Origin: an uncultured Candidatus Saccharibacteria bacterium
GTDB lineage: Bacteria > Patescibacteriota > Minisyncoccia > Phycocordibacterales > DSPV01
Assembly (NCBI GenBank): GCA_964617735.1
Contig: CAZTXT010000002.1
Span: 12,536-76,535, forward strand
Length of the DNA: 64,000 bases
Direction of reading: 5' to 3'
Below are positions 9,455 to 18,864 of this stretch, one piece after another. The stretch's first letter is position 1. Each line of letters begins with the position of its first letter. A model generated the notes under the pieces. The model saw only the letters and a list, made by a program, of their open reading frames with translations, ran no database searches and had not been told where the DNA came from. Position numbers and translations under genes: made by a program.

Positions 9455-10492
9455 CTAAGATTCTTGAACGGCAGCGAGTTCTTGTTCGGAGACCGCTTTT
9501 GTGGCAGCCTCGCGTGCTGCGCGCACGCGCCAATAATCGAGCAAGAATGAAACACTCTCGTCGAACGTGTACACCGGCTCCCAGCCGGTGGCGTCGAGGA
9601 ATTTCTTCGTTTCGGGAACTTGGAGAGTAACGTCCGTAGGCCGCAAGAGCCTGCGATCGAGACGAGTGCGGATAGGAGCCTTCGCCTTCGAGATGAGCGT
9701 CTTGAGAAAATCACCGATGGTAACCGACTTGGTACCGCCGATGTTATACGCTTCACCGGGTTTACAGTGAAGTGTAGCCTCCCAATACGCACGCATCGCG
9801 TCGCGCACATCAACAACGGTCCTGATCGAATCAAGGTTCCCGTGAACAAGTTCATCCTGCAATCCATGCTCGATGCGCGCGACTTGCCGCGCGAATGCAG
9901 ATGAGAACAGATCCGCCCGACGCGGATTGATGTAAGTGAACATCCGCGTTCGAATGACCGGAATGCCGTAGGATTCAAAATAGACCTGACCCAAGAGGTC
10001 CTGGGTCACTTTAGAAACTGCATACGGACTTGCGGGCCGTATCGCAGCTTCTTCGTTAATCGGTATCTCATCTTCCCTCACCAAACCGTATACCTCTGAC
10101 GAGGAACACAGCTGAACAATGGGTTTGAGACGGAGTATTCGTATTCCCTCAAAGAGGTTCGTGGTGCTCATGATATTGTTGTGCAAGACCGCGATGGGGG
10201 TCTCGAATGAACACCGTACATTCGCATGCGACGCAAGATGGAATATTACATCAGGCTTAGACGCGATAAGCGCCAGCGTGACAGATCCCATGTCCAGAAG
10301 GTCACACTCGTGCAGGGTAACAGAACGACGGATATTCTGCAGATTGTCGTCCGAAGTGGTGCTGTGCCAACGCGAGAGTCCGTGGACTTCGACGTGGGGA
10401 TGCTCTCTGACGATATACTCGGCAAGGTAGCTGCCGCCCGAGCCGGTGATACCCGTGATGAGTACCCGTCTGATGCTTCTTTCATTATGCAT
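9455..10492 (-). CDS. GDP-mannose-dehydratase-family SDR, probably GDP-4-keto-6-deoxy-D-mannose reductase (Rmd-like)
   Basis: The N-terminus ITGITGSGGSYLAEYI parallels the Gmd ITGITGQDGSYLAELL motif. It is a paralog of the adjacent gmd and is divergently transcribed from it. This is the same arrangement as rmd-gmd in GDP-D-rhamnose loci. Confidence 0.55.
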   Translation of the reverse strand: MHNERSIRRVLITGITGSGGSYLAEYIVREHPHVEVHGLSRWHSTTSDDNLQNIRRSVTLHECDLLDMGSVTLALIASKPDVIFHLASHANVRCSFETPIAVLHNNIMSTTNLFEGIRILRLKPIVQLCSSSEVYGLVREDEIPINEEAAIRPASPYAVSKVTQDLLGQVYFESYGIPVIRTRMFTYINPRRADLFSSAFARQVARIEHGLQDELVHGNLDSIRTVVDVRDAMRAYWEATLHCKPGEAYNIGGTKSVTIGDFLKTLISKAKAPIRTRLDRRLLRPTDVTLQVPETKKFLDATGWEPVYTFDESVSFLLDYWRVRAAREAATKAVSEQELAAVQES

Positions 10493-10643
10493 GATTATCC
10501 TTTCTCAAGGTTCAAAGCTAGCGGCAGTCCCTTCCGCGCACACGCGCGGCGGACAAACCTCTGCGCACTATCCTAACACTTAACCCGCTGTAAGTAATGG
10601 TACGGGACATTGACTGATTGCTATATATAATGCAAAGTACATA

Positions 10644-10670
10644 TGACACCATTTGACACCTCCTGACACT
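10644..10670 (+). promoter_or_regulatory. three TGACAC direct repeats with exact 10-bp phasing, putative operator, containing a TTGACA -35-like hexamer
   Basis: TGACACC at 10644, TGACACC at 10654 and TGACACT at 10664. The last repeat ends 18 bp before the ATG of the HTH gene at 10688. TTGACA lies at 10652-10657. Upstream AT-rich TTGACT (10610) and TATATATAAT (10622-10631) elements are also present. Confidence 0.4.
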
Positions 10671-10687
10671 TCTGATAGCTTAACCCT

Positions 10688-10939
10688 ATGGAAAACCAAG
10701 AGATAAAAGCGGGCGTTGTATATACGACTGCCGAGACGCAGGAGCTTCTAAAAGTAAGTAAAAGCACGATAAAGCGCCTGCTCAAAAAGGGGTTGATACG
10801 CGCGAACAAGATCGGCGGACAATACCGGATCCTTGGACATGAATTGCTCATGCTCCTCTCTCCCGACCTTGAGCGGAAGGCAGCGCGACAATATTTCAAG
10901 CTGAAACGAAAGGTCGTCCGGAATATCAACAAGTGGTAG
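10688..10939 (+). CDS. small helix-turn-helix DNA-binding protein (excisionase/MerR-type HTH)
   Basis: 83-aa ORF with a TAETQELLKVSKSTIKRLLKKGLIRANKIGGQYRI helix-turn-helix segment. It is the first gene of the plus-strand gmd-wzm-wzt operon. Confidence 0.5.
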   Translation: MENQEIKAGVVYTTAETQELLKVSKSTIKRLLKKGLIRANKIGGQYRILGHELLMLLSPDLERKAARQYFKLKRKVVRNINKW

Positions 10940-10966
10940 AACATTGAGCAAATAATCTCTCAAAAA

Positions 10967-12016
10967 ATGGCTACAAAAAGCAAAAAGAAAGTCGCGCTCA
11001 TTACCGGCATCACCGGGCAAGACGGATCATATCTAGCGGAGCTCTTGCTTGCAAAGGGTTACGACGTCCACGGTCTTATCCGCCGCTCATCCACGTTCAA
11101 CCACGATCGTATCAAACACATCTATGATTTCGTGCACCCCAAAAAGCTCCGCCTGCACTACGGTGATATCACCGATCTCTCATCGCTCGTGTCAATCGTC
11201 GCAAGCATACGACCTGACGAGCTCTATAACCTTGCCGCCCAAAGCCATGTAAAAGTCTCCTTCGAAACACCGGTCTATACTGGACAAGTCGATGCGATCG
11301 GCGTACTCAATACGCTCGAAGCGGTCAGGATCTTGAAACTCCCGACGAAGGTTTACCAAGCCTCCACCTCGGAAATGTACGCAGGGCATCCGAACGAGCT
11401 CCCCCAGGATGAACGAACTGCGTTCAGTCCGAAAAGCCCGTATGGCGCCGCGAAGCTCTATGCATTTCATCTGGCAAAAATCTATCGCGAGTCATACGGG
11501 ATGTTCGTCGTCAACGGCATTCTCTTTAATCATGAGAGCGAGCGGCGTGGAGAGAACTTCGTAACCCGAAAGATTACGCTCGGCATCAAAGAGATCCTTG
11601 CAGGAACCCGGAAGACCGTACGATTGGGGAACCTCGACGCTAAACGCGACTGGGGCCATGCGCAAGATTACGTGCGGGCGATGTATCTGATGCTCCAGCG
11701 CAAGAAACCCAGCGACTATGTCATCGCGACAGGCACGCAACGCACAGTCCGCGAATTCTGCGAACATGCCTTTAGGGAAGCGGGGATAAAACTCACGTGG
11801 TCAGGAAGGGGCTTGCATGAAAAAGGCATCGAAAAGAAAACGGGACGCGTACTAGTTGAGATAGATCCGGCATTCTTCAGGCCTAACGAAGTCTGGTCGC
11901 TGCAAGGCAATCCTAAAAGAGCTCGGCGAGAACTGAAATGGAAGCCTCGAATAGATTTCAGAACGCTGGTGAAACGAATGGTCAAAAGCGATCTGTCGAG
12001 CACGAAGCGCTTCTAG
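10967..12016 (+). CDS. gmd: GDP-mannose 4,6-dehydratase
   Basis: Canonical Gmd sequence (KVALITGITGQDGSYLAELLLAKGYDVHGLIRRSSTFNHDRI...), 349 aa. Confidence 0.93.
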   Translation: MATKSKKKVALITGITGQDGSYLAELLLAKGYDVHGLIRRSSTFNHDRIKHIYDFVHPKKLRLHYGDITDLSSLVSIVASIRPDELYNLAAQSHVKVSFETPVYTGQVDAIGVLNTLEAVRILKLPTKVYQASTSEMYAGHPNELPQDERTAFSPKSPYGAAKLYAFHLAKIYRESYGMFVVNGILFNHESERRGENFVTRKITLGIKEILAGTRKTVRLGNLDAKRDWGHAQDYVRAMYLMLQRKKPSDYVIATGTQRTVREFCEHAFREAGIKLTWSGRGLHEKGIEKKTGRVLVEIDPAFFRPNEVWSLQGNPKRARRELKWKPRIDFRTLVKRMVKSDLSSTKRF

Positions 12017-12020
12017 CCCC

Positions 12021-12851
12021 ATGATTTCAACACCGTCTCTAAAGATCATCCGTCCCAAAAAAACCTGGAGTCTCGCGGACTTGCGAGAGCTCTGGGAATA
12101 CCGCGAACTGCTCTACTTTTTCGCCTGGCGCGACCTTAAAGTGCGCTACAAACAAACCGTGATCGGCATACTGTGGGCGCTCTTCCAGCCATTTCTCACC
12201 ATGGTGGTCTTCTCGGTGTTCTTCGGCAAACTCGCGAAGATACCTTCCGAAGGCATCCCCTACCCTGTATTCGTCTATACGGGACTTTTGTTCTGGCAAT
12301 ATTTCTCAGGCGTGCTCGGGGACGCAAGCAACACGCTGGTTGCTAACGCTTCGATCGTCACCAAAGTATATTTTCCGCGCTTGCTGCTCCCGATCGCCGA
12401 CTCGATCACCAAGCTGGTCGATTTCGTGGTCGCATCGTTCATTCTCGCGGGGCTCATGATCTATTATCATTTCATTCCGAATCCCCTCAAGATCGCTATC
12501 GTTCCGCTCCTGGTACTAATTACCTTCCTCGCAGCGTCTGGTACGGGTCTCATTCTCGCTTCCATAAACGTCAGATACCGCGACGTACGCTATGTCCTTC
12601 CCTTCTTCATTCAATTGCTGTTGTTCGTTACGCCGGTGATCTACCCCTCATCGATTGCAGGGCGATTCGCCTGGGTGCTCTCCCTAAACCCGATGACGGG
12701 GGTCATCGGCGCCGCCCGCGCCGCCCTGTTGAACGTCTCTCCGATCGACTGGAATCTGCTTATATCCTCGCTCATCACGAGCACGGTGCTCTTTTTGCTG
12801 GGCGTTATCTTCTTTAAGAAAACGGAGCGCTATTTTGCTGACATCGTATAA
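12021..12851 (+). CDS. wzm: ABC-2 type polysaccharide export permease (Wzm/TagG-like)
   Basis: Six TM segments and an ABC-2 signature (WRDLKVRYKQTVIGILWALFQPF). Confidence 0.85.
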   Translation: MISTPSLKIIRPKKTWSLADLRELWEYRELLYFFAWRDLKVRYKQTVIGILWALFQPFLTMVVFSVFFGKLAKIPSEGIPYPVFVYTGLLFWQYFSGVLGDASNTLVANASIVTKVYFPRLLLPIADSITKLVDFVVASFILAGLMIYYHFIPNPLKIAIVPLLVLITFLAASGTGLILASINVRYRDVRYVLPFFIQLLLFVTPVIYPSSIAGRFAWVLSLNPMTGVIGAARAALLNVSPIDWNLLISSLITSTVLFLLGVIFFKKTERYFADIV

Positions 12852-12856
12852 CATCC

Positions 12857-14131
12857 ATGGAACCGATCATCGAAATAAAAAACCTTAGCAAGCGCTATCA
12901 GATAAACCGCGAACGCGGGGGGTATGTAGCGCTGCGTGACGTGATCACCCAAGTCGCGGCGCACCCGCTCACAATGCTTCGATCGAAAGCAAAATCGATC
13001 ATCGGGAAAAACACCAAAGAACCCTTTTTCGCCCTCAAGGATATCAACTTATCCGTGGGAAAAGGCGAAGTCGTCGGGATCATCGGCAAGAACGGCGCCG
13101 GAAAATCCACGCTTCTCAAGATCTTAACGGGCATCACTCCTCCTACGGAGGGCGAAGCGCGATTGCGAGGGAAAGTGGCATCGCTCCTTGAAGTCGGCAC
13201 TGGATTCCATCCGGAATTAACCGGACGAGAAAACATCTACCTCAACGGAGCGATCCTCGGCATGACTCGAAAAGAGATCGCGAAGAAATTCGATCAAATC
13301 GTGGAATTCTCCGGCATCGGGAAATTCCTCGACACTCCTGTTAAACGCTACTCAAGCGGAATGTATGTGCGACTCGCCTTTTCGGTCGCAGCGCATCTTG
13401 AGCCGGACATATTGCTCGTCGACGAAGTGCTGGCGGTTGGAGACGCGGAATTCCAGAAGAAATGCCTGGGTAAAATGGATGAGGTGACCAAGCAGGCGGG
13501 ACGCACCATAATCTTCGTCAGCCACAACATGGATGCCGTCAGTCGTTTATGCAAGACTACCCTCCTTCTCGATCAGGGTAAGGTCGTCGCCTATGGAGAT
13601 ACCGACGAAGTCATCGAACGATACTTAAGTGGAGGTTTTCGGGATGACGCAGGGCTCACGTTACCTCAAACCGACGGAGAAGTTACCATGCGCGATTTCT
13701 CGATACTACAGCATGGAAAAGAAGCTCAGAGCATCGACGGCGGGAGCCCGTTTCAAATACGCCTCGATTTTTCTATTGCACAGAAACTCAAATCATTTCG
13801 AGCCGGCATTTTTCTTTCGACACGCGCTGGCACGTTGATCTCCCGATCTTTCGTGCAGGATTACGCGCCGGCGCTCGAAGAGATCGCTCCCGGAAACTAC
13901 CGAACGATCTTAACGGTTCCAGCCAAACTCTTAATGGCTGGCGATTACGAGGTGGAAGCAAAACTCTTCTGTTTCGGCGTTAAAAGCTTTTTTGACGGAA
14001 AAAAGATTCAACAGAGCATAACCGTGCATACACCGAAGGAATACAACGAGCTCAAATCCAAAAGCGGGACAAAAGGATACTTTCTGATACCAGCGCCATG
14101 GACGATTGATTCAAAAAACCACCATGATTAA
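12857..14131 (+). CDS. wzt: polysaccharide ABC exporter ATP-binding protein (Wzt/TagH-like) with a C-terminal extension of about 170 aa
   Basis: Walker A GKNGAGKST, an LSGGM-like signature and a Walker B ILLVDE. The extra C-terminal domain is typical of Wzt substrate-recognition domains. Confidence 0.85.
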   Translation: MEPIIEIKNLSKRYQINRERGGYVALRDVITQVAAHPLTMLRSKAKSIIGKNTKEPFFALKDINLSVGKGEVVGIIGKNGAGKSTLLKILTGITPPTEGEARLRGKVASLLEVGTGFHPELTGRENIYLNGAILGMTRKEIAKKFDQIVEFSGIGKFLDTPVKRYSSGMYVRLAFSVAAHLEPDILLVDEVLAVGDAEFQKKCLGKMDEVTKQAGRTIIFVSHNMDAVSRLCKTTLLLDQGKVVAYGDTDEVIERYLSGGFRDDAGLTLPQTDGEVTMRDFSILQHGKEAQSIDGGSPFQIRLDFSIAQKLKSFRAGIFLSTRAGTLISRSFVQDYAPALEEIAPGNYRTILTVPAKLLMAGDYEVEAKLFCFGVKSFFDGKKIQQSITVHTPKEYNELKSKSGTKGYFLIPAPWTIDSKNHHD

Positions 14132-15167
14132 AGTGAAACTCACTACGCGAGACCCTTCCACTCCGATAATCCGGCAGACCCCGGGCAGTAGTGGGATCTG
14201 GGGCAATTGCCATTTCTTCGTTGATGATGACACCGACACATTCGACTGGTGGTTCGTATGGAATAATCTGCACCATCAAGAGAGTGCCGTAGGACCCCGA
14301 GAACATACGGTGCTCATGACCGGCGAGATCGACACTATGAAAACCTACCCACAATGGTATCTGAAGCAATTCGGGCACGTGATCTCATCGCAGCGCTTTC
14401 TCAAACACCCCCATCAGACCTACCGGCAAATATACCCCTGGATGATCGGACATATCGGATCGGGGTCTGGGATAGATCCAAAGGATTACCGGAAATACTT
14501 CACCCCGTATGAGACGCTTGCCGCGATGAAACCTCCGCAGAAAACGAAGCTGCTCTCGGTCATCACGTCATATAAAGAACGCATCCCGGCTCAAAAAACT
14601 CGGCATGAATTCATTGACGCGCTCAAGGCGCATTTTGGGGATCGGATGGATGTCTTCGGAGCCGGCACAAACTATATTCGCGATAAATGGGATGGGATTG
14701 CACCCTACCAGTACCATCTGGCCCTCGAGCACACACACGCTTCCGAGTACATCACCGAAAAACTCCCCGACGCGTATCTTGGATTCGCATTCCCCTTCTA
14801 CTATGGATGCTCCAATCTAGAGAAATATTTCGATTCGGACGCTTTCATCGCCATAGATATTCATGACCCCCAAGGAGCCATAGAGAAAATCGAACGAGCA
14901 ATTGCAGAGAATGTGTATGAAAAACGACAGGCAGCGATCCTAAAAGCGCGTTCGCTGATCCTCAATGAATACAACATGTTCGCGGTAATGGCTGACTTCT
15001 GCACCGCACACACTGAAACCGCTTCAGCACCATCAACCGTGACGCTAAAACCCGATGAGACCAAACCACTAACTACGCGGGTAGTCGCCCGATTGCGCTC
15101 GTTCACTATCCTCTATGCTCCGGTACGTTCGCTCTATCGGCTCTATCGCAAGATCCGGCATCAATAA
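14124..15167 (+). CDS. GT10-family alpha-1,3-fucosyltransferase-like glycosyltransferase
   Basis: YQYHLALEHTHASEYITEKL matches the GT10 YxFxLxFENSxxxxYxTEK donor-binding motif. The start was chosen at MIKVKLT (8-nt overlap with wzt); the track start is 14106. Confidence 0.55.
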   Translation: MIKVKLTTRDPSTPIIRQTPGSSGIWGNCHFFVDDDTDTFDWWFVWNNLHHQESAVGPREHTVLMTGEIDTMKTYPQWYLKQFGHVISSQRFLKHPHQTYRQIYPWMIGHIGSGSGIDPKDYRKYFTPYETLAAMKPPQKTKLLSVITSYKERIPAQKTRHEFIDALKAHFGDRMDVFGAGTNYIRDKWDGIAPYQYHLALEHTHASEYITEKLPDAYLGFAFPFYYGCSNLEKYFDSDAFIAIDIHDPQGAIEKIERAIAENVYEKRQAAILKARSLILNEYNMFAVMADFCTAHTETASAPSTVTLKPDETKPLTTRVVARLRSFTILYAPVRSLYRLYRKIRHQ

Positions 15168-15186
15168 CCGGCTCTCTCGATTACCC

Positions 15187-16152
15187 ATGAAAAGAACGAC
15201 AGCGACAAAAAAATATCTGATATTCGGCAACGGTTTCATCGCAAGCCACTATGCGCGGCATCTCATGGCGCACGGTGCCTTAGTGTATGTGACATTCCAC
15301 ACTAAGAAAAATTGGGATCTTCCCTCTAAAATCCAACTCAAAACACCCCATGACGTGAAAGATGCGGAGCAGCTGCTGCGATCGGTTGCGCCCAACTACA
15401 TAATCCTCACCCAAGGGCTTACCTTCATTCCCGACAACGATAGAGAATTACTCAAATCAGTGGAGTCAAACGTCTTATCCCCGCTGACCATTCTCGAAGC
15501 TCTCTACCGACTACGCCAGAGAGGAGAGGGTCGAGGGGTCAAGAAGATATTGACCTTCGGTTCTGCTGCTGAATATGGAGACAGTGATACGAGAAAATGG
15601 AAAGAGAACGCCTTCGACACGAAACCCAATTCATTTTATGGGCTCGTGAAGCATTGGCTCTTCGATACCGCGCGCTTCTACGCTTCACTGGGTGTTCCAT
15701 GCGTCCATATCCGCCATTTCAACACGGCCGGCCCAGGACAGTCCTCATCGTTCGTCATCTCCGCTTTCTGCAGGCAAATAGCCCAAATGGAGAAGCGTGG
15801 CAAGAAAGGTATCCTTACGTTGGGTGATCTCAAACAGAAACGAGACTTCGTTGATATACGTGACGCGCTACGGGCATATGACTTGATCATCGGGCGCGCA
15901 CGGGGAGGACAGATAGTGAATCTGTGCACGGGCAAAACCCATGCGGTCGAAGACATCGTGCAGATACTCTCCAAGCTCTCGAAGGTTCCCTTCAAAACGA
16001 AGGTCAATACGAAACTCTTCGCGCACAAGCGCAGGCCCAACAAAGTACTAGCCGGCTCTCCCGTATGGCTTTCGTCGCACGGCTGGAAACCACGCTTCAC
16101 GCTTCCGCAAACGGTTGAGACAGTCTTAGAATATTGGCGAAAAACTATATGA
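15187..16152 (+). CDS. NAD-dependent epimerase/dehydratase family protein (nucleotide-sugar reductase/epimerase)
   Basis: Rossmann motif IFGNGFIASHYARHL, SDR-like length and a YxxxK region. The start was set at MKRTTATKK (15187); the track start is 15115. Confidence 0.65.
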   Translation: MKRTTATKKYLIFGNGFIASHYARHLMAHGALVYVTFHTKKNWDLPSKIQLKTPHDVKDAEQLLRSVAPNYIILTQGLTFIPDNDRELLKSVESNVLSPLTILEALYRLRQRGEGRGVKKILTFGSAAEYGDSDTRKWKENAFDTKPNSFYGLVKHWLFDTARFYASLGVPCVHIRHFNTAGPGQSSSFVISAFCRQIAQMEKRGKKGILTLGDLKQKRDFVDIRDALRAYDLIIGRARGGQIVNLCTGKTHAVEDIVQILSKLSKVPFKTKVNTKLFAHKRRPNKVLAGSPVWLSSHGWKPRFTLPQTVETVLEYWRKTI

Positions 16153-18059
16153 AAAAACGGACAAAAAAAAATAGTGCGCTGATCATCGGGAACCGCCCAG
16201 TCGGCGATGGACACCCCGTATTCATCATTGCCGAAGCTGGTATCAACCACAACGGCAGCCTTACCCTCGCCAAAAAGCTCATCGACGCAGCGGCTGCATC
16301 GGGAGCCGATGCCGTGAAATTCCAACTACGGCACCTCGATGATCTGTATGTAAAGTCTGCTCGGGAAAATATCCACGGGGAAGATATCGGAACGCAGTAT
16401 CTCCTCTCTCTCATCAAAGACGCGGACTTGCCGAGCCGGCACTTCAAAGAACTCGCTCGCTACGCGCGCGAGAAGAACATCATGTTCCTCTGCACGCCCT
16501 GGGACAAGAAAAGCGCGGACTTTCTGGAGGCTTTAGGCGTGCCCGCTTACAAAGTGGCATCAGCAGACCTTATTAATTTCGAACTCCTCGAACATCTCAC
16601 AAAGAAAAAGAGGCCGATGATCATCTCGACGGGCATGGCAAGCGCCGGCGAGATCGAACGTACCATACGATTCCTCGATGATCGCGGCGCTCTATATGCG
16701 CTGCTGCACTGCAACAGCACTTATCCTGCTCATACCAAAGACCTTAATCTTCATTTCATCGCACGCCTCAAAGAAATGAGCGGGGGCACGGTTGGTTATT
16801 CGGGGCATGAACTCGGTATAGCGCCGACGCTCGCGACGATACCCCTAGGAGCTCGAATCATCGAACGACATTTGACGCTCGATCGGACCATGACCGGCCC
16901 TGACCACGCCGCGAGCCTTGAGCCCGAAGAGTTCAAACAACTGGTCCGCGATATCCGCCGCATCGAAGAGGCACTCGGCAGCGGAAAGAAATTTGTGACC
17001 GCAGGCGAATACATCAATCGGAAAAATCTTGGGAAAGGCCTGGTAGCCACAAAAGCGATACGCAAAGGCGACGTGATCACTCGTGCCATGGTCGCGGCGA
17101 AAAGTCCCGCAAAAGGCATTTCGCCACAAGAACTCTACGCCCTAGTGGGGAAAAAGGCCCGGAGGGATCTGCAGAAGGACGAGTATTTCACGGAGGAGGA
17201 CCTTGGCAAAAAACCCGTGCGCAAAAGCGGCTTCCCTGAAAGCCGCTGGGGTATCATCGCTCGCCCGTACGATATCGGTATGATGAGCGCAGGCATAAAA
17301 CCAACCGTGGTGGAGTTACATTTCAGCTCACGGGACCTCGACCACTCATTCATCCTCCCCGACTTCCCCAACGCCGAGCTTATCGTGCATCTGCCGGAGC
17401 TTTACGGGACCGAACTGCTCGACCTTTGTTCACCCGATGAGAACGTGAGGAAAAAAGGAATAGAGGACGTCAACCGCGGACTTAATCTCGTGCGGAAACT
17501 GCGCAAACATTTCGGTAAGACACCTCGGCGCGTGAAGACAGTCGTGCACGTCGGCGGCATGACCTACGGAAACTTTGCTACGCTAACCAAACGTAAAGCG
17601 ATGTACGATAATCTCGCACGTTCGCTCAAGCAACTTAACTTGAACGGCATAGAAATACTGCTTGAGAACCTCCCTCCGTACCCGTGGTACAAGGGCGGAC
17701 AATGGTTCTCTAATACATTCATGGATGCCGATGAGATGGCTCAATTTGCTAAAAAGACAGGCTTAGGCCTCTGCTATGACTCGAGCCATGCCCAACTGTA
17801 TTGCAATTTCGCAAAAAAAGATCCCGTGGCCTTCTTCAAGATCCTCCGTCCCTTTGTGCGCCACATCCATCTCTCCGACGGAGGTGGAACTGACGGCGAG
17901 GGATTGCAGATTGGGAATGGCGATGTGCCCTGGAAGAAACTCTTGCCAGAGGTGAAAAAAACTAAAGTATCATACACGCCGGAGATATGGATGGGGCATC
18001 GAAACCACGGCGAAGGATTCTGGATCGCCCTTAAACAACTTAAGCGGTTGGGTTTATAA
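16134..18059 (+). CDS. fusion protein: NeuB-type nonulosonic-acid synthase (PEP-condensing TIM barrel plus SAF domain) with a C-terminal xylose-isomerase-like TIM barrel
   Basis: The N-terminal 350 aa or so are NeuB/PseI/LegI-like (PVFIIAEAGINHNGSLTLAKKLIDAAAASGADAVKFQ... then a SAF segment). The C-terminal 290 aa or so carry an AP-endonuclease-2/xylose-isomerase-like HIHLSD motif. An alternative start at ATG 16149 gives an ATGA overlap with the upstream stop. Confidence 0.7.
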   Translation: MAKNYMKKRTKKNSALIIGNRPVGDGHPVFIIAEAGINHNGSLTLAKKLIDAAAASGADAVKFQLRHLDDLYVKSARENIHGEDIGTQYLLSLIKDADLPSRHFKELARYAREKNIMFLCTPWDKKSADFLEALGVPAYKVASADLINFELLEHLTKKKRPMIISTGMASAGEIERTIRFLDDRGALYALLHCNSTYPAHTKDLNLHFIARLKEMSGGTVGYSGHELGIAPTLATIPLGARIIERHLTLDRTMTGPDHAASLEPEEFKQLVRDIRRIEEALGSGKKFVTAGEYINRKNLGKGLVATKAIRKGDVITRAMVAAKSPAKGISPQELYALVGKKARRDLQKDEYFTEEDLGKKPVRKSGFPESRWGIIARPYDIGMMSAGIKPTVVELHFSSRDLDHSFILPDFPNAELIVHLPELYGTELLDLCSPDENVRKKGIEDVNRGLNLVRKLRKHFGKTPRRVKTVVHVGGMTYGNFATLTKRKAMYDNLARSLKQLNLNGIEILLENLPPYPWYKGGQWFSNTFMDADEMAQFAKKTGLGLCYDSSHAQLYCNFAKKDPVAFFKILRPFVRHIHLSDGGGTDGEGLQIGNGDVPWKKLLPEVKKTKVSYTPEIWMGHRNHGEGFWIALKQLKRLGL

Positions 18060-18063
18060 TCAC

Positions 18064-18864
18064 ATGGTGCGCGCGAACAAACAAAAGAACAAACAACTTG
18101 CACGATTCTACGACACGGTGTACCGCAAGGGTGAGAAAAAACACCACACTGAATTTCTCTTTGGAAGATCGAAACTTCCTCCCGATGAGACTGCCGCGCT
18201 CGCTGCGATCAACTGGAAAGGAAAAACGGTGCTCGACGTTGGCTGCGGCACGGGTCTTATGGCATACGAGGTCGCCCGCCGCGGCGGGAAGAGAGTTGTC
18301 GGCATCGATTACAGCAGAGACGGCATCGCACACGCACGTGCGCAATACTCCCACGCGAATCTCGAATATCGCTGCGAGGATGTAGCAGACCATCATGGGC
18401 GCTACGATATCATCGTATCCTTGGGAACCCTCGAGCACATTGACGATCCGCTCTCGACGCTCAAGCAACTCAAGAGGATGCTCACTCCCAAAGGAATGCT
18501 TGTGCTCACCTCCCCCAATTGGCTAAACCCCCGCGGCTATATCTTGCAAACGCTGCTTCAGCTCTTCGATGCACCGATAACGCTCGCTGACATACACTAC
18601 CTGACACCGGTCGAATATAACGCATTCGCAAAGAAACTGGGCATGAAACTGACCTGGTCGACGTTCGATTTCAACTGGGCGCACGGCCCCAAGCTCATCA
18701 AAGACCTCAAGCGCCGCCTCCCCAACGTCTTCCGGGATATGAAGCTCCTCAAAAAACGAAAACAGATCGATGCCTTTATCCGCTGGATTGAAACGCATGT
18801 CTTGCCGTTCGATAACACGCTGCCGTGGAGCGGTGCGACTGGACTGTATATATTGAAACGATGA
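18064..18864 (+). CDS. class I SAM-dependent methyltransferase
   Basis: Motif I VLDVGCGTGLMAYEVA and motif II-like blocks. Confidence 0.8.
   Translation: MVRANKQKNKQLARFYDTVYRKGEKKHHTEFLFGRSKLPPDETAALAAINWKGKTVLDVGCGTGLMAYEVARRGGKRVVGIDYSRDGIAHARAQYSHANLEYRCEDVADHHGRYDIIVSLGTLEHIDDPLSTLKQLKRMLTPKGMLVLTSPNWLNPRGYILQTLLQLFDAPITLADIHYLTPVEYNAFAKKLGMKLTWSTFDFNWAHGPKLIKDLKRRLPNVFRDMKLLKKRKQIDAFIRWIETHVLPFDNTLPWSGATGLYILKR

Noticed and set aside
7030-9978. ORFs of 100-207 aa overlapping the ligase-TPR gene and the Rmd-like gene in other frames (e.g. 7148-7651 +, 9355-9978 -)
   Set aside because: They are frame shadows of two long, well-supported ORFs in high-GC sequence.
10610-10631. TTGACT ... 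TATAAT pair as a sigma70 promoter
   Set aside because: The spacer is only 10 nt, so it is not a canonical -35/-10 pair. The AT-rich element is mentioned only as promoter-like context.
15678-16325. 215-aa minus-strand ORF
   Set aside because: It is antisense to the epimerase/NeuB junction, with a Cys/Arg-rich composition and no motifs.
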